Notes: a model not told the origin generated them from the sequence alone. DNA of 64,000 nt from an uncultured Methylococcaceae bacterium (GCA_903908165.1 CAIVQX010000173.1:8528-72527); one strand, 5' to 3'; counted from the first letter of the stretch, positions 39,628 to 52,366 are shown. Translations and numbers: made by a program.

Positions 39628-42600
39628 ATGAACCCCTCACGGCTATTTATCTTACGTCCAATTGCTACATCACTTGTAATGCTGGCTCTCTTGCTAGTAG
39701 GTATAATTGCCTATCGGGAATTACCCATATCTGCTTTACCTCAAGTTGAATACCCCACAATTCAGATAATAACACTATATCCTGGCGCTAACCAGGAAGT
39801 CATGACCTCAGTAATCACCTCACCATTGGAACGGCAATTTGGTCAACTACCTGGCTTAAATCAGATGTCGTCTTCAAGTTCTGGAGGTGCTTCAGTAATA
39901 ACTCTTGAGTTTAACTTAAATCTGAATCTGGACATTGCAGAACAAGAAGTACAAGCAGCTATCAATGCGGCTAACAATTTCCTTCCGGCTGACCTGCCCA
40001 TGCCACCCATATACAATAAGATTAATCCGGCAGATGCACCTATCTTGACGCTAGCAGTTACTTCAAAAACACTGCCTTTATCTAAAGTTGAAGACCTAGT
40101 TGACACTAGACTGGCTCAAAAATTTTCACAATTGTCTGGAGTAGGATTAGTAACAATTAGTGGCGGACAGCGCCCCGCTGTTCGTATTCAAGCTAACCCT
40201 AGTGCATTAGCAGCTTATGGCTTAAGCTTGGAAGATCTGCGTATTGCTATAGCCAATGCTAATGTCAATCAACCCAAAGGAATGTTTGACGGTCCGGCAC
40301 GATCAGCCATTATAGATGCTAATGATCAACTTCAATCAGCCGCAGAATATAAACAACTAATCATTGCATATCGTAATAATAGACCTGTATATTTATCAGA
40401 CATTGCTGATGCCATTGACGATACTGAAAACGTAAAATTAGCCGCTTGGGCAAATGGTGTATCCGCTGTTATTGTCAATATTCAGCGCCAACCAGGCAGT
40501 AATGTCATCGAAGTTGTTGATCGCATCAAACAACTCTTACCTAAGTTGCAAGAAGCCCTTCCCAGTGCTCTAGATGTTGAATTATTAACTGATCGCACCC
40601 ATACAATTCGGGCTTCAATTCAAGATGTCCATAAAGAACTACTTATCGCACTTGTACTGGTAGTGCTCGTTATCTTTCTGTTTTTACGAAATGTTTCTGC
40701 CACCGCCATTCCCGGAATAGTCGTACCACTCTCTTTGATTGGTACTTTTTCCATTATGTATCTTGCGGACTTTAGCATTAATAACCTAACACTCATGGCA
40801 CTTACTATAGCCGCCGGCTTTGTAGTTGACGATGCCATCGTTGTTATCGAAAACATTACCCGCTATATTGAACAGGGAGAAACACCTAAAAACGCTGCTC
40901 TCAAAGGTTCCGAACAAATTTCTTTCACCATTATTTCATTAACTTTTTCATTGATCGCCGTTTTAATCCCTTTATTATTTATGGGAGATATAGTGGGTCG
41001 ACTTTTTCGAGAATTTGCAATTACACTGGCAGTAGCGATCCTTATATCTGCAATTATTTCGCTGACTCTAACACCAATGATGTGTGCAAAGATGTTAAAA
41101 CCTTTATCCGAAGAGAAAAAAGGTCGATTTTATTTAACTAGTGGAAGATTTTTTGACCACATAACTGAAAGCTATTCCAAAATATTGGATTGGGTATTAG
41201 AACATCAAAGAGCGACACTCCTAGTTGCTCTTACAACATTTCTACTTACCCTATTATTATATTTAATCGTACCAAAAGGTTTCCTACCGATTCAAGACAC
41301 TGGAATCATTCAAGGCATCTCTGAAGCACCAGAATCCATTTCATTTGACGCCATGTCTAAACACCAACAAGCCTTAAGCAAAATAATCTTGGAAGATCCT
41401 GCTGTCGAAGATATTTCCTCTATTATTGGCGTTGACGGAACCAATCGCACACTCAATACCGGACGATTCATAATAACCCTAAAACCAATAGAGTTACGAA
41501 AAAATAACGCCATAGAAGTTATCCAAAGGTTACAAAACAAAATTGCTGGACTTGAGGGTATAAAATTATTTCTTCAACCTGTTCAAGACCTAACTATAGA
41601 AAATCGTGTTAGCCGCAGTCAGTACCAATTTACGTTAGAATCAGCAAATCGCGAAGAATTGAGTTATTGGACATCACTTCTCGTCGAAGAACTATCTAAA
41701 AAAACTCAGTTTTCTGATATTAACAGTGACCTTCAAGATCATGGGCTTCAAGCTTTCGTAAAGATTGATCGAAGTACAGCAAGCAGAATGGGTATTAGTA
41801 TTGCAGCTATTGATAACGTTTTATACGATGCCTTTGGGCAACGATTTATTTCCAGTATTTTTACACAATCTAACCAGTATCGGGTGGTTCTTGAAGTTAA
41901 GCCTGAATTTCGACAAAACTTAGAGAACTTGAGAGAGATTCGAATACCGTCCTCAAATGGTGCTCAAGTTCCATTATCAACCATAGCTAGCATTTCAGAG
42001 CATACAGCACCTCTTGTTACCAATCGTCTAGGTCAATTTCCATCAACAACTATTTCTTTTAACTTAGCTTCTAATACCTTTTTAGATGAGGCTATTGATG
42101 CTATCGAAATAAGTAAACAAAAAATAGGGTTACCACTGAGTGTACAAGCCAATTACCAAGGCGCGACTTTAGCATTTAGCTCTTCACAATCCAACACTTT
42201 ATGGCTAATTCTAGCCGCCATAATAACCGTTTATATTGTGCTGGGTGTTCTTTACGAAAGCTATATTCATCCAATCACAATTCTCTCAACATTACCATCG
42301 GCCGGTGTAGGTGCACTTCTTGCTTTGATGCTTTCAGGTAACGATTTAGGAATTATTTCAATTATCGGCATCATTCTACTGATAGGTATTGTCAAAAAAA
42401 ATGCGATTATGATGATAGATTTTGCGCTAGAAGCCGAGCGCAAACAAGACCTCTCTCCCAAAGAAGCAATACATCAAGCCTGTCTCCAACGTTTTCGTCC
42501 AATCATGATGACTACTATGGCTGCGTTATTAAGTGCCCTTCCTCTTATGCTAGGAACAGGAGTAGGATCAGAACTACGACACCCTCTCGGCGTTACAATG

Positions 42601-42723
42601 GTCGGCGGCTTAATCCTGAGCCAAATACTTACTCTGTTCACAACTCCAGTTATTTATCTATATTTCAATAAACTAGAGCGTAAGCTCAAAGGGACTCTTG
42701 AGATTGATCAGGATTTTCTGTGA
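39628..42723 (+). CDS. mdtB: RND permease MdtB
   Basis: [55 protein letters not shown]. Confidence 0.92.
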   Translation: MNPSRLFILRPIATSLVMLALLLVGIIAYRELPISALPQVEYPTIQIITLYPGANQEVMTSVITSPLERQFGQLPGLNQMSSSSSGGASVITLEFNLNLNLDIAEQEVQAAINAANNFLPADLPMPPIYNKINPADAPILTLAVTSKTLPLSKVEDLVDTRLAQKFSQLSGVGLVTISGGQRPAVRIQANPSALAAYGLSLEDLRIAIANANVNQPKGMFDGPARSAIIDANDQLQSAAEYKQLIIAYRNNRPVYLSDIADAIDDTENVKLAAWANGVSAVIVNIQRQPGSNVIEVVDRIKQLLPKLQEALPSALDVELLTDRTHTIRASIQDVHKELLIALVLVVLVIFLFLRNVSATAIPGIVVPLSLIGTFSIMYLADFSINNLTLMALTIAAGFVVDDAIVVIENITRYIEQGETPKNAALKGSEQISFTIISLTFSLIAVLIPLLFMGDIVGRLFREFAITLAVAILISAIISLTLTPMMCAKMLKPLSEEKKGRFYLTSGRFFDHITESYSKILDWVLEHQRATLLVALTTFLLTLLLYLIVPKGFLPIQDTGIIQGISEAPESISFDAMSKHQQALSKIILEDPAVEDISSIIGVDGTNRTLNTGRFIITLKPIELRKNNAIEVIQRLQNKIAGLEGIKLFLQPVQDLTIENRVSRSQYQFTLESANREELSYWTSLLVEELSKKTQFSDINSDLQDHGLQAFVKIDRSTASRMGISIAAIDNVLYDAFGQRFISSIFTQSNQYRVVLEVKPEFRQNLENLREIRIPSSNGAQVPLSTIASISEHTAPLVTNRLGQFPSTTISFNLASNTFLDEAIDAIEISKQKIGLPLSVQANYQGATLAFSSSQSNTLWLILAAIITVYIVLGVLYESYIHPITILSTLPSAGVGALLALMLSGNDLGIISIIGIILLIGIVKKNAIMMIDFALEAERKQDLSPKEAIHQACLQRFRPIMMTTMAALLSALPLMLGTGVGSELRHPLGVTMVGGLILSQILTLFTTPVIYLYFNKLERKLKGTLEIDQDFL

Positions 42724-45700
42724 ATTTATCAGCGTATTTTATCTATCGTCCAATCGCCACCTCGCTCCTAACACTGGCAATCAGTTTAGCGGGATTAATC
42801 GCCTTTTTTCAATTACCTATCGCACCACTCCCTCAAGTTGATTTTCCAACTATTTCTGTTCAAGCTTCCTTGCCAGGGGCAAGTCCGGAAATAATGAGTT
42901 CTTCAGTAGCAACTCCATTAGAACGTGAACTTGGACATATAGCAGGCATTTCAGAAATGACTTCTGCAAGCTCTATGGGCAGTACCAATATTATGTTGCA
43001 ATTTGATATTGATCGCGACATTGACGGTGCTGCCCGAGATGTGCAAGCTGCGATTAATGCAGCAAACAACTTGTTACCAGGTAATTTGCCTAATCGCCCA
43101 AGCTATAGGAAAATTAACCCAGCAGATTCACCCATTATGATTCTTGCTTTGACATCAGAAACTATGTCACGTGGTCAACTTTATGATGCAGCCTCAACAA
43201 TTCTTTCGCAAAAAATATCACAAGTTCAAGGGACTGGGCAAGTTACTGTAGGTGGCAGTGCACTACCTGCAATAAGAATTCAACTTAATCCAGTCGCTTT
43301 GGCCAAATATGGTATTGGCTTTGATGAAGTGAGATCTACTATTGCGGCGAGTAATATCAATCGACCTAAAGGAACAATTGAAAATACAACTCAACAATTA
43401 CCAATTTACGCCAACGATCAAGCTAAAACTGCTAGTGAATATTTACCACTCATAGTCACCTATAAAAATGGCGCAGCCATACACTTATCGGACATAGGAC
43501 AGGCTCTAGACTCTGTAGAAGACCTAAGATCAGCCGGACTCAAAGACAACCAACCCGCTATTTTATTAATCATAAATAAACAAGCCGGCGCTAATATCAT
43601 AGAAACAGTTGATAAAATTAAATCACTGTTTCCACAATTACAGGCATCTATTCCTAGTGCCTGTAAACTATCAATGGTTTTGGATAGATCCATAACCATT
43701 CGCGCCTCACTTCATGAAGTTGAACGCAGTCTTTTAATTGCTATAGGATTGGTGATCCTTATAGTTTTTTTATTTCTACGAGACCTTCGCTCCTCTATTA
43801 TTCCCATCATCACTATACCTGTATCCTTACTAGGCACTTTTGGTGTAATGTATTTATGCAACTACAGTTTGGATAATTTATCATTAATGGCACTGATTAT
43901 TGCCACTGGTTTTGTTGTTGATGATGCAATTGTTGTACTTGAAAATACATTAAGGCATTTAGAGCATGGAAACTCACCACGTGAAGCCGCTTTAAAAGGT
44001 GCTAGTGAAGTTGGCTTTACAGTATTAACTATAAGCTTATCGCTTATCGCTGTTTTTATCCCCATTTTATTAATGGGGGGAATCGTGGGGCGTCTTTTTC
44101 AGGAATTCGCAGTCGTACTCTCAACTGCCGTTCTTATTTCTTTAGTCATCTCACTGACTACTACACCAATGCTTTGCGCACTGTGGTTAAAACCCTTAAA
44201 AACAAAAACACCCAATCATCTTTACTATTTTGCTGAACGATATACCAATCATTTACTGACTGGCTATGAACGCACACTTCGATGGGCTTTACGTAACGGT
44301 TTAATAGTAATGTTGTTATTATTGTGTACGATAGGCTTAAATATCTACCTCTATACAATAGTACCAAAGGGTTTCTTCCCTATTCAGGATACAGGAAGAC
44401 TTTCAGGAACCATTCAGGCAGACCAGAGCATATCATCGCAAGCCATGCAAAAAAAACTGGCTGATTTTGTATCAATATTGCACCAAGATCCCGAAATTGA
44501 AACTGTTATTGGTTTTACTGGGGGGCAACGCAGCACGAATAGTGGACAAATGTTTGCAACACTTAAACCCTTAGAAGAAAGACATTTAAGCGTTGATAAA
44601 CTGATGTCACGACTCAGAAAAAAACTTGAGAATGAACCAGGAGCTAAGCTCATATTACAGTCACCCCAGGATTTGAGAATCGGAGCACGTGGTTCTTCTG
44701 CTTTATTTGAATATTCCCTACAGGCAGATAATTTAGAAGAACTTCGTATTTGGGTTCCTCAAATAGTCAAAGCCTTGTCACATCGTCATGAATTAGTAGA
44801 TGTAAATACCAACCAGCAAGATCATGGACAACAAATTTCACTCCAGATTGATAGAGACCTTACCAGCAGGCTTGGACTCAGTCAGTCGCTTATTAATTCC
44901 ACACTCAACAATGCCTTTGGACAAAGACAGATTTCTCTAATTTACAATGATCTCAACCAATATCGTATCATTATGGAAGTCTCTCCAGAATTTTCACAAA
45001 GTGCTGAAACATTAAAAAATATGTATATCAATATCCCACAAACCCTGCCATTAAACTCTGCGGGACAAATACCGTTTTCAACCTTTGTCACTTACACAAC
45101 AAACAACACTCCATTATCTGTCAACCATCAAAGTCAGTTTCCTGCTGGAACTATCTCATTCAATCTTAAACCTGGCACATCCTTATCTACAGCAAGCCAA
45201 GCACTTAAAGAAACAATGGACAATCTTGGTGTACCTTCATCCATACACGGCAGCTTCCAAGGAACTGCGAAAGCGTTTGAAGAGTCCTTGAAAAATCAAC
45301 CTTGGCTAATTCTAGCTGCTTTGGTGTCAATTTATATTGTCCTTGGTATTTTATATGAAAGCTATATCCATCCTTTGACCATTATTTCCACTTTACCATC
45401 TGCAGGCATTGGTGCAATTCTGGCACTGCTTATTTGCAAAACTGAATTTAGCATCATTGCAACGATTGGCGTTATTTTATTGATCGGTATCGTAAAAAAG
45501 AACGCTATTATGATGATAGATTTTGCCTTAAATGCTGAACGTACAATGTCTATGAGTCCAAAAGATGCAATTTTCAATGCTTGTTTGATGCGTTTTCGTC
45601 CCATTATGATGACTACTTTTGCGGCCCTTCTTGCCGCATTACCGCTTGCACTTGGATCAGGTTACGGATCTGAATTACGACGACCTTTGGGCATAGCAAT

Positions 45701-45848
45701 AGTCGGTGGTCTTTTATTTAGCCAGGTTCTAACTTTATATTCAACTCCGGTTATATATCTTTATCTAGATCGTTTTCAGACTTGGTGTCGGCGCAAACTT
45801 CTGCGAAACACATCGACACCCTTACCGAATCCGACAAATCTGCTTTGA
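42720..45848 (+). CDS. mdtC: RND permease MdtC
   Basis: GTG start overlapping the mdtB stop; [33 protein letters not shown], second permease of an mdtABC-type operon. Confidence 0.92.
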   Translation: MNLSAYFIYRPIATSLLTLAISLAGLIAFFQLPIAPLPQVDFPTISVQASLPGASPEIMSSSVATPLERELGHIAGISEMTSASSMGSTNIMLQFDIDRDIDGAARDVQAAINAANNLLPGNLPNRPSYRKINPADSPIMILALTSETMSRGQLYDAASTILSQKISQVQGTGQVTVGGSALPAIRIQLNPVALAKYGIGFDEVRSTIAASNINRPKGTIENTTQQLPIYANDQAKTASEYLPLIVTYKNGAAIHLSDIGQALDSVEDLRSAGLKDNQPAILLIINKQAGANIIETVDKIKSLFPQLQASIPSACKLSMVLDRSITIRASLHEVERSLLIAIGLVILIVFLFLRDLRSSIIPIITIPVSLLGTFGVMYLCNYSLDNLSLMALIIATGFVVDDAIVVLENTLRHLEHGNSPREAALKGASEVGFTVLTISLSLIAVFIPILLMGGIVGRLFQEFAVVLSTAVLISLVISLTTTPMLCALWLKPLKTKTPNHLYYFAERYTNHLLTGYERTLRWALRNGLIVMLLLLCTIGLNIYLYTIVPKGFFPIQDTGRLSGTIQADQSISSQAMQKKLADFVSILHQDPEIETVIGFTGGQRSTNSGQMFATLKPLEERHLSVDKLMSRLRKKLENEPGAKLILQSPQDLRIGARGSSALFEYSLQADNLEELRIWVPQIVKALSHRHELVDVNTNQQDHGQQISLQIDRDLTSRLGLSQSLINSTLNNAFGQRQISLIYNDLNQYRIIMEVSPEFSQSAETLKNMYINIPQTLPLNSAGQIPFSTFVTYTTNNTPLSVNHQSQFPAGTISFNLKPGTSLSTASQALKETMDNLGVPSSIHGSFQGTAKAFEESLKNQPWLILAALVSIYIVLGILYESYIHPLTIISTLPSAGIGAILALLICKTEFSIIATIGVILLIGIVKKNAIMMIDFALNAERTMSMSPKDAIFNACLMRFRPIMMTTFAALLAALPLALGSGYGSELRRPLGIAIVGGLLFSQVLTLYSTPVIYLYLDRFQTWCRRKLLRNTSTPLPNPTNLL

Positions 45849-45877
45849 GTACATTTCTCTGACATTCTGAATTATTT

Positions 45878-47356
45878 ATGATCACCTACTTAATAAGGTT
45901 AATTACTTTTCTCTACTTCATAATTGTTGGAGGTTGCAGCGTAGGGCCAGATTACAAAAAACCAAGCAATGCTTTTCCTAATACATTTAAAGAAATTAAA
46001 GGTTGGAAACAAGCTAATCCGCGTGACATTGAGCTTTCTGATAAATGGTGGGAGATATTTAAAGATCCGCGCCTGAATGCCCTTGAACAACAAATCAACA
46101 TTGGCAATCAATCAATCGCACAAGCAGAGGCACAATTCCGACAGTCACAGTCGATGGTACAAACTGCAACTGCTGCTTATTTCCCAACCGCTAATGCTTC
46201 TGCGAGTGCGAGCCGATTCAAGGCGGTAAGTGGAGAGACTAAAGCTGTAAGTGGCGTAAAATATTTATTCAATACTGTGTTAAGTGTCGCCTGGGAGCCA
46301 GACATATGGGGTAGTGTTCGCAGACAAGTTGAGTCCAGTAGAGCCAATGCACAAGCCAGTGCAGCGACTCTGCAGGCGTTACGTTTATCAACACAAGCAA
46401 CATTAGCTCAAGACTATTTTCTGCTAAGAGTATTTGACGCACAGATCAATCTTTTAAACGATACCGTTAAAACTTATCAAAAAACATTAACTATCACAGA
46501 GAACCGTTATGCCGTAGGTATGGCGGCCAAGTCTGAAATTGTCCAAGCTGAAACTCAACTCCAATCAGCACAAGCTCAAGCTATTAATATAGAAGTACAG
46601 CGAGCAAAAGTAGAACATGCTATAGCGATTTTAATTGGCAAAACTCCCGCAGAGATATCTATTCCTGTTGGTTCATTAAACACTTTTCTGCCAGCTATAC
46701 CCGTCAGTATACCGTCAGAACTATTAGAGCGAAGACCGGATATCGCAATCGCTGAAAGACAAGCCGCTGCAGCTAATGCACTTATTGGAGTTGCTAAAGC
46801 GGCTTATTTTCCAACACTAAATCTTGCCGCTAACAACGGTCAACAAAACAATAGTGTTTCAAACTTAATGAATTCGGCATCACGTTATTGGACCTTAGGT
46901 CCTGCTGCATTTGCAATTCCTCTTTTTGATGGCGGATTTCGGGGCGCTCAAATGCAACAAACTATTGACGCTTATGACGCATCGGTGGCAGCTTATCGCC
47001 AAGCGGTTCTAGTCAGTTTTCAAGAGGTCGAGGATAATCTAGCTGCTCTACGTATACTTGAGCAGGAAATGTTGGTTCAAAACAAGGCGGTTGAATCTGC
47101 CCAAAAAGCTGTCCTTCTAACAACTAACCAATATAAAGCCGGAACAATCAGTTATCTCAATGTAATGATCGATCAGGCGGCAGCGCTTGCGAATGAAAAA
47201 ACGGCCGTTGATCTTCAAGGTCAACGCCTTACTGCTGCCGTTCTTCTAATAAAAGCACTGGGTGGTGGTTGGAAATCGTCTGTTCTTCCGAGTGAAGAAG
47301 ACATAAGTGGTGAAATTAAATGGCTACAGTTTTTACCTATTCCGTTAAGTAAATAG
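45878..47356 (+). CDS. NodT/OprM-family efflux outer-membrane lipoprotein
   Basis: Lipobox VGGC, SVGPDY, WEPDIWG, LLERRPDI, LIKALGGGW. Confidence 0.92.
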   Translation: MITYLIRLITFLYFIIVGGCSVGPDYKKPSNAFPNTFKEIKGWKQANPRDIELSDKWWEIFKDPRLNALEQQINIGNQSIAQAEAQFRQSQSMVQTATAAYFPTANASASASRFKAVSGETKAVSGVKYLFNTVLSVAWEPDIWGSVRRQVESSRANAQASAATLQALRLSTQATLAQDYFLLRVFDAQINLLNDTVKTYQKTLTITENRYAVGMAAKSEIVQAETQLQSAQAQAINIEVQRAKVEHAIAILIGKTPAEISIPVGSLNTFLPAIPVSIPSELLERRPDIAIAERQAAAANALIGVAKAAYFPTLNLAANNGQQNNSVSNLMNSASRYWTLGPAAFAIPLFDGGFRGAQMQQTIDAYDASVAAYRQAVLVSFQEVEDNLAALRILEQEMLVQNKAVESAQKAVLLTTNQYKAGTISYLNVMIDQAAALANEKTAVDLQGQRLTAAVLLIKALGGGWKSSVLPSEEDISGEIKWLQFLPIPLSK

Positions 47357-47410
47357 GTATTCAAAAACACTTATAAAAACAAGGACCTTATTGACAAAAA
47401 GAACTTATTT

Positions 47411-47773
47411 TTAAACTACCTTGGGGTCATCTTCATGAAGTTCACGTAATAGAAAATAATTAAGTGCCGTACGAATAACAGCTATAGCTGCTAATTTACC
47501 TATCTGATCCCAACTTGGTGACACTGCAGTAGAAAGAATATCAGCACCAAGTTGTAATTCAAGAGCTAGCGCAAAATAACGTGCTAATGTCAGTCGTGTT
47601 TCAATAAAAACATCCTTGCTGCTGATACGAACACTTTGAATCCATGTCGTTAAGGTTGCCAGCAAACCGATCCCAATTATCAATGCACCAGTAACCTCAA
47701 CCATCAACTTAAGCCAATGGACTGCATGCATCACAAGATCCTCTGCTTCAGCAATAGATAACCCTATCACCAT
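47411..47773 (-). CDS. DUF1622 family small membrane protein
   Basis: RLTLARYFALALELQLGADILST...IAVIRTALNYFL. ATG at 47773 has a GAAGG RBS; ORF extends to a TTG at 47794. Confidence 0.8.
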   Translation of the reverse strand: MVIGLSIAEAEDLVMHAVHWLKLMVEVTGALIIGIGLLATLTTWIQSVRISSKDVFIETRLTLARYFALALELQLGADILSTAVSPSWDQIGKLAAIAVIRTALNYFLLRELHEDDPKVV

Positions 47774-47803
47774 GTCTATACCTTCTTTATCCAATTAATT
47801 TAT

Positions 47804-47843
47804 AAATAAAAAACCCTCACTAAGAAATTCCCAGCGAGGGTTT
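47804..47843 (-). terminator. Intrinsic terminator of the DUF4410-like gene
   Basis: Minus strand AAACCCTCGCT...AGTGAGGGTTT hairpin (one G-U pair) running into a T-rich tail. Confidence 0.7.
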
Positions 47844-47919
47844 ATATTGCAGTTATCGCTAAAGTTTATTTAAAATTTTAAATCGAATCAGACAAAACCT
47901 AAATAAATTACTGGTTAGT

Positions 47920-48651
47920 TTATTTCGCCAAATTTGGATTAATCCAACCTTGCTTAGCAAAGAACTTAGCTAATTCTGCAGTAATCTCTTCAGCCATATC
48001 TTCTGCTTGATGCGCTGAAGCTGACTTATATGCATCAGCTGCACCTTTTGCTACATTTGCACCAACTGTTGCTGCTGCACCTGCACCTGCTGCTGCTCCT
48101 GCTGGCCCCATTACTACAGCGCCAGGCTTCTTACCACTATCAGCATGAGCATCAAAAGCCATTAACTCTTTATCTCCAGTCGTTGAATGATCGTAAACCA
48201 ACACTTTAGCATCCAGTGACGACTTCCCTACACCTAAACCAATAGCGTTTCTTGTCAAACTATTGCCTTCATCAATCTTGATAAGCTTGCCATGAATCGT
48301 GATTACTCCATCCGAAAGTGAGGTGTTTTGATCTGCGCGTATAGGATTCAAGCCTAAAGCCGTTATCTTCTTCACTAACTCTTTCGACATAGCATCAGTA
48401 ACTTCAGTGGCTAACTTGTTTTTATCTACAGCCTCATTTTCATCATCCCTCATCATCTTTGAAATTGGATTTGCATTTTGTTGAATCGCACTGGGATCAA
48501 TCGAAAAATCATAAATTAAAACTGTACTTGGCTTGGCCAAACCTACGACATCAGTTTCATAGGTCTTTTTAACATCCATATTGGCGCAAGCCACTAACAA
48601 CGAACATAAAAAACCACTTGCTGATAACTTTATAGCGTTTTGTATTTGCAT
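47920..48651 (-). CDS. DUF4410-like lipoprotein
   Basis: Lipobox LLVAC, VLIYDF, G.LIKIDEGN...R..IGLGVGKS, KKPG. Confidence 0.65.
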   Translation of the reverse strand: MQIQNAIKLSASGFLCSLLVACANMDVKKTYETDVVGLAKPSTVLIYDFSIDPSAIQQNANPISKMMRDDENEAVDKNKLATEVTDAMSKELVKKITALGLNPIRADQNTSLSDGVITIHGKLIKIDEGNSLTRNAIGLGVGKSSLDAKVLVYDHSTTGDKELMAFDAHADSGKKPGAVVMGPAGAAAGAGAAATVGANVAKGAADAYKSASAHQAEDMAEEITAELAKFFAKQGWINPNLAK

Positions 48652-48817
48652 AATTGATCCTAAATTAAATTGGTGATAAACAAAAAAGTCGAAAATAGTA
48701 AATATTAAAAAAATTATAACTAAATAATAAAGCTATAAAAAACAAACATTAATACCATATATTCATATGGAAACCTATTTTTACTTACCTTGCTAATCAT
48801 AATAAATAAACAAATAA

Positions 48818-49588
48818 TTAACGTAAAAATCGTCCACCACTAATATCAATTAAAGCGCCGTTAATATGGGATGACATATCACTAGCAAGAAATAATACTG
48901 AACTTGCAACTTCTTCAGCAAATGTATTACGACCTAACGGCGTCTGTTTACGATAATTCTCCAACATCTCCTCGGTAGAATGAATTTCGTGATGTTGGGT
49001 TTCGACCGTCCCTGGCATAACAGAATTGGTACGCACCTGCGGTGCCAATTCTTTCGCTAGAGTATGGGTAAACACCATAAGTCCGCCTTTTGCTGCAGCA
49101 TAAGATCCGCCACCATTGGCGCCACCAGTCTGCACTGAAAGCGACAAAATATTTACAATACGACCACTACCGGTTGCCCGCAAATGCGGAATAGCTCGTT
49201 TGGTTAACAAAAAAGCACTGGTCAAATTAAGATCTATAGATCTATTCCAATCCTTAAGCGTACACTCTTCTATCTTGGCACGCTTAACCAACCCACCGCC
49301 ATTATTAACTAAAATATCTAAACGACCCGTTTCACTCACCAACTTATCAACTATTGCATTGGCATCATCCTCATTAGTAAGATCGGCAGGCAATAATAGA
49401 CACTTAATTTTTTGCGATAATAGCTGATCACGGAGTTTTTCAGCCCCTTCTTTGCTGGAATGATAATGTATTCCAATAAATGCACCAGCCTGCCCTAGCG
49501 CTAAGGCAACAGCCTGTCCTATACCCACTCCAGCTCCGCTGACTAATGCAACTTTGCCAGTCAAACTTAATGTTTGCTCTGGTATCAT
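48818..49588 (-). CDS. Short-chain dehydrogenase/reductase (SDR)
   Basis: SGAGVGIG, LDILVNNGG, YAAAK, PGTVET. ATG at 49588 has a GGAG RBS; ORF extends to 49636. Confidence 0.9.
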   Translation of the reverse strand: MIPEQTLSLTGKVALVSGAGVGIGQAVALALGQAGAFIGIHYHSSKEGAEKLRDQLLSQKIKCLLLPADLTNEDDANAIVDKLVSETGRLDILVNNGGGLVKRAKIEECTLKDWNRSIDLNLTSAFLLTKRAIPHLRATGSGRIVNILSLSVQTGGANGGGSYAAAKGGLMVFTHTLAKELAPQVRTNSVMPGTVETQHHEIHSTEEMLENYRKQTPLGRNTFAEEVASSVLFLASDMSSHINGALIDISGGRFLR

Positions 49589-49728
49589 ATTGATACTCCG
49601 AATATTTTTAACGATATTTTTGATATCGGTTATCAAAAGAATTTCTTAAGATTAACGAAATGCTGCTAAGCAGCTCTATTAAGAAAATCAAATAAAATTT
49701 AAATCAAAAAGATTCAATACACCAAAAA

Positions 49729-50193
49729 CTAAATATTTTTTACTTTTTCTAATATGTCTTCGGCATGACCTTCATGGTTTACACCATAAGCTGCCTCAAC
49801 CAAAGCACCCTCTTTATCAATAATGAAAGTTGAACGCAAAATTGCCATGCTTTTAACACCATTCTTTTCTCGCTCTCGCCACACGCCATAACTTTCACAT
49901 AGTTCTCCTGTAGTATCAGCTAGTAACTCTACTTTCAAACCAAATTTGTTAATAAAATCGACATGACTTTCGCAAGAGTCTTTGCTGACTCCAATAACTA
50001 CGGTATCGTAATTGGCAAATTCTTTAGAAAGTCTCGTAAAATCATTAGCCTCTATTGTGCAGCCTGGCGTATCATCTTTAGGGTAAAAATATAAAACTAC
50101 ATTTTTTTTACCCGCAAAATCGGATAAATTGACTAGTTGATTTAACTGATTATGCGAGCTAAATAAAGGTGCTTGTTGTTGCTTTTGTAACAT
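49729..50193 (-). CDS. bcp: Peroxiredoxin BCP/PrxQ
   Basis: VLYFYPKDDTPGCTIEA, RSTFIID. Confidence 0.92.
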   Translation of the reverse strand: MLQKQQQAPLFSSHNQLNQLVNLSDFAGKKNVVLYFYPKDDTPGCTIEANDFTRLSKEFANYDTVVIGVSKDSCESHVDFINKFGLKVELLADTTGELCESYGVWREREKNGVKSMAILRSTFIIDKEGALVEAAYGVNHEGHAEDILEKVKNI

Positions 50194-50405
50194 GAGAATA
50201 CCCTTTATAAATTATGAAATTATTAGTATTAACTACTCCACCAAAATGGTTTAGTTGGCATCATAGTCAGCAAAAAGAGTAAAGTCCAGCCAATGATTAT
50301 TATTAAGCTAACTATGCGACAAAACCAATATAACGTTTTTATAATAATTTACATAATCTCTTCTACGTTATACAGTCCTATTAAACCCTTCTCAAAATAT
50401 AGATC

Positions 50406-52250
50406 TCAATACTGACTCAGATGCTGGAGTAAAATTCGTCTTATTTCTTCAATTGTTAATGGATATCCTTGTGCAGAATGCCCTGTCCTAACAATATATT
50501 CAGACTCGACGTTATCAATATGTGCACTACTGTATTCGACAACACCATCATTACCAGTCTTAATATCTTCACCAGGTAGTACCGCAATAATCGAATGACT
50601 TGTTACATCTGGTGCCAAAGGAGTCTCAACTAACACTTTCATCATTGGGTTTCCAATCGACATTCCATCAAGACTTGTAGGTAACTTATCACTTAAGCCT
50701 GGAGGCATATTTACCTGACCTACTAATTGCTTATACTTTGCTGCACCTCCTTTAACCAAATCAATAGGTGATGTTATTAAAAATCGGACAAATTTACGAA
50801 CCCAATCCTTGGTTAAAAAACTGCCGCGATGCGGGGTAGAAATATAAATAACTCGTTTTACAAAGGGTAATGGTTTGAAGAACAGCGCCTTACTCATGTT
50901 ATTTTTTATTAGCGGATCAATCTTGAGCGTTTCAAATGATTGATCACTAATCACGTGCCAAAATCGATCACTCGAATTAACCGCCATCAAATTAGTCAAT
51001 AATCCACCCTGACTGTGTCCTATTACCACCATACGAGACAATGCGGAGTCTTTGTGTTCAGGATCAAGTTGATCAATCATTTTAATTAACGTTTCCCGTA
51101 AAATAGCTGCCGAATGAACTATTGGTGCATCGCTGTTGTACTGATAAAACCAAAATTGATAACGTTTACGAAGCACTGGATCGCTTCGCAATGTGTTGAC
51201 CATCTCAGCCCAAGCGGTAGGACTGCTGATTGTCCCATGCACAAGAACCACAGGAATCCGGCCAGGTTGATAGGGTTGTATCATAAGCACATGATTTTCA
51301 ACATCAACTCCAGAAATAAAATTTTTTAGACCTGCTTTCCACAATTCTGGATCGTTCAAATGATATGCAAGCGGGGCTGTAGTATCCGATTGCAATGGTA
51401 CATGCTGACCATTAACTTCAACCTCACTATCATCATATGCTGAATATAGCTCCAGACTTGCAATCCCTCTTCCGGCTTGAAAATCACTTAAATTTCCAGT
51501 AATACGCAGAAATGCAGTGATAGGAATGGCACCTCCATTTGGAGCCTCACTGGTTTTATGCGCTACCCCGATAATTGGCACACCCAGTCCTGGCGTCCGG
51601 TTACGAACGGTAAAACCATAGATATCATAAGCATCCGCTGAATAGAAAGCTTCAAAATTACTAAGCTGCCAACCTAACTCATTTGTCTCTCTTGTAATTG
51701 TTAACGTCCCACCTGCCAGCTTTCGGATACCACCTGTAAGTGAAAGCCCATCACCGTTACTATCCTTAAAACCTTGCTCTAATCCTCGATTGTAGATTTC
51801 ACAAGCTTCTCGAAATTGATTATCATATGGACTGGGTAGTGGCTGATTACTCTCACCCAATAGATAGAAATAGGCGTAAACAGCTGACTGCAGAAAAAGG
51901 TCTTTTGCTTGCTCACTGGATTTTTGACTATTACCGTTTTCGGCTAATGACTCTGCATAGGCATAACTTGTTTCGGCCAATGCGAATAATAAATCTCGTC
52001 TTTGATCTAGTAATGCTATTTGGTATAAATTGCCAATAGCTAACTGTGGATTTTTGTCATATAAATCTAATAAATTAAACCGCTGTAATACTGCTTTGGT
52101 ATTATTACTCACCTTACCCTCGTCAGAGAGTGAGTTCATGTTTGCAATTTGATAAGACTCTTTTGGGCTAACCTTGGTAACTCCAACAGGAGCGGCACAT
52201 CCCACTAAAAAAAGTATTATTAGAGCAAATCTATACACCAAAATCACCAA
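50406..52250 (-). CDS. Alpha/beta-hydrolase (lipase/esterase-like) lipoprotein
   Basis: Lipobox LVGC, PVVLVHG, nucleophile elbow GHSQGG, STPHRGS, DGVVEYSSAH. Confidence 0.8.
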   Translation of the reverse strand: MVILVYRFALIILFLVGCAAPVGVTKVSPKESYQIANMNSLSDEGKVSNNTKAVLQRFNLLDLYDKNPQLAIGNLYQIALLDQRRDLLFALAETSYAYAESLAENGNSQKSSEQAKDLFLQSAVYAYFYLLGESNQPLPSPYDNQFREACEIYNRGLEQGFKDSNGDGLSLTGGIRKLAGGTLTITRETNELGWQLSNFEAFYSADAYDIYGFTVRNRTPGLGVPIIGVAHKTSEAPNGGAIPITAFLRITGNLSDFQAGRGIASLELYSAYDDSEVEVNGQHVPLQSDTTAPLAYHLNDPELWKAGLKNFISGVDVENHVLMIQPYQPGRIPVVLVHGTISSPTAWAEMVNTLRSDPVLRKRYQFWFYQYNSDAPIVHSAAILRETLIKMIDQLDPEHKDSALSRMVVIGHSQGGLLTNLMAVNSSDRFWHVISDQSFETLKIDPLIKNNMSKALFFKPLPFVKRVIYISTPHRGSFLTKDWVRKFVRFLITSPIDLVKGGAAKYKQLVGQVNMPPGLSDKLPTSLDGMSIGNPMMKVLVETPLAPDVTSHSIIAVLPGEDIKTGNDGVVEYSSAHIDNVESEYIVRTGHSAQGYPLTIEEIRRILLQHLSQY

Positions 52251-52366
52251 TGATAAATCGACTAATGGTAGAGGCGGGTATCTTATGTAAATTCATTTAT
52301 ATGAGACCAGATAAAATCATTTATTTTAGTGAGTTGTAGTAGTATTCTGCGTAGCTAAATAAAGCA

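Noticed and set aside
49642-49686. Nested inverted repeats TTTCTTAA...GCTGC-TAA-GCAGC...TTAAGAAA between bcp and the SDR gene
   Set aside because: The 5-bp inner stem with a 3-nt loop is too weak to call a terminator or operator.
50262-50316. 10-bp imperfect inverted repeat CATAGTCAGC / GCTAACTATG
   Set aside because: Does not extend, has a long loop and has no second copy.
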